A stretch of DNA of 64,000 bases from Bradyrhizobium sp. (GTDB lineage Bacteria; Pseudomonadota; Alphaproteobacteria; Rhizobiales; Xanthobacteraceae): NCBI RefSeq assembly GCF_047605465.1, contig NZ_JASGFS010000012.1, positions 22,214 through 86,213 on the forward strand, given 5' to 3'. Both the position numbers and the translations under genes were made by a program. Below, piece by piece: positions 63,597-64,000 of the stretch (positions are counted from its first letter, which is position 1; the number at the start of each line of letters is the position of its first letter). A model generated the notes under the pieces. That model was given only the letters and a program-made list of their open reading frames with translations, was not told the origin of the DNA and ran no database searches.

Positions 63597-64000
63597 ATGA
63601 CGATAGTACACAAGCCCGGCGAAATCGTCGGCTGGCCTGTCTTCCCGAGCCCGGCGCAATATCCCGACAGCCCGCTGGCGAGATCGCTGAAGCAGCCGTT
63701 GCTGCTCGGCTTGTTTCTTCCGATCCAGGCCGGTGGCTGGAGCGCATCGACGCTGCCACGTTCGACCACCTGGACTTTCGACTACAATCGCGATCTGACG
63801 CTCGCGGCCGAAGCCTTCGGCTTCGATCTCGTCTTTGCCTTGTCGCAATGGCTGCCGAAAGGCGGCTATGGCGGCGTGTTCAGCGGCCAGGCGCTCGATT
63901 CCTTCATCACGACGGCGTCGCTCGCCGCGGTGACGTCGCGGATCATGCTGATCTCGACCATCCATGTGCTTTACGGTCCCATCCATCCCCTGCATCTCGC
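63597..64000 (+). CDS. LLM-class flavin-dependent monooxygenase, N-terminal fragment (runs off the window end)
   Basis: My own translation, not in the ORF track because there is no stop in the window: MTIVHKPGEIVGWPVFPSPAQYPDSPLARSLKQPLLLGLFLPIQAGGWSASTLPRSTTWTFDYNRDLTLAAEAFGFDLVFALSQWLPKGGYGG...MLISTIHVLYGPIHPLHL. This is the RutA/SfnG-like N-terminal pattern. ATG 63597 is preceded by aaggcgga. Confidence 0.65.
   Translation, partial: MTIVHKPGEIVGWPVFPSPAQYPDSPLARSLKQPLLLGLFLPIQAGGWSASTLPRSTTWTFDYNRDLTLAAEAFGFDLVFALSQWLPKGGYGGVFSGQALDSFITTASLAAVTSRIMLISTIHVLYGPIHPLHL

Noticed and set aside
63405-63995. 196-aa minus-strand ORF at the window end.
   Set aside because: The plus strand of the same region translates into a clear LLM-monooxygenase N-terminus (LLLGLFLPIQAGGW...FGFDLVFALSQW...) that runs off the window. 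The minus-strand product is Arg-rich with no motifs.

Overview
This is a visibly GC-rich (not computed) chromosomal segment whose proteins look alphaproteobacterial, and Bradyrhizobium/Rhizobiales-like by inference only: Bug/TctC binding protein, many ABC importers, a divergent extra groESL copy. I support about 60 protein-coding genes, two decayed genes, and several palindromic operator-like sites and hairpins. I recognised no rRNA, tRNA, CRISPR array, transposase, integrase or phage gene.

Layout:
- 1-8.8 kb: PepSY/siderophore-reductase pair, a frameshifted O-methyltransferase, AraC plus aldehyde dehydrogenase, an MFS transporter, an orphan small gene and two tandem Old-Yellow-Enzyme reductases.
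- 9.2-18.4 kb: one tightly packed operon joining a LivKHMGF-type ABC importer to an MBL-fold lactonase, an aldehyde dehydrogenase, an Fe-alcohol dehydrogenase and a LacI regulator. The catabolic part resembles blc/att.
- 18.4-25.4 kb: LysR, TctC-type binding protein, FAH-family hydrolase and hydantoinase/oxoprolinase A and B.
- 25.5-29.3 kb: TetR and an EmrAB-type efflux pair, with two perfect operator palindromes.
- 29.4-45.7 kb: two CUT1-type sugar ABC importers and two LacI regulators flank a cassette of two ADP-ribosylglycohydrolase-fold proteins, a xylose-isomerase-like TIM barrel, a Gfo/Idh/MocA oxidoreductase and an SDR. This is my best candidate for an undescribed catabolic system.
- 45.7-64 kb: an organosulfur-scavenging-like island. 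It holds a NitT/TauT ABC importer with an amidohydrolase, an ABC-ATPase relic, a flavoprotein plus 2x[4Fe-4S] ferredoxin pair, SfnB-like and LLM monooxygenase genes, a CPHC thioredoxin-like DUF3088 protein, groES-groEL, a Dpp/Opp-type ABC system and a second LLM gene cut by the window end.

Many very long ORFs in the supplied track are antisense or alternate-frame artefacts of the high GC content, and I rejected them. All functional calls come from motif and family recognition by eye. No searches were run.
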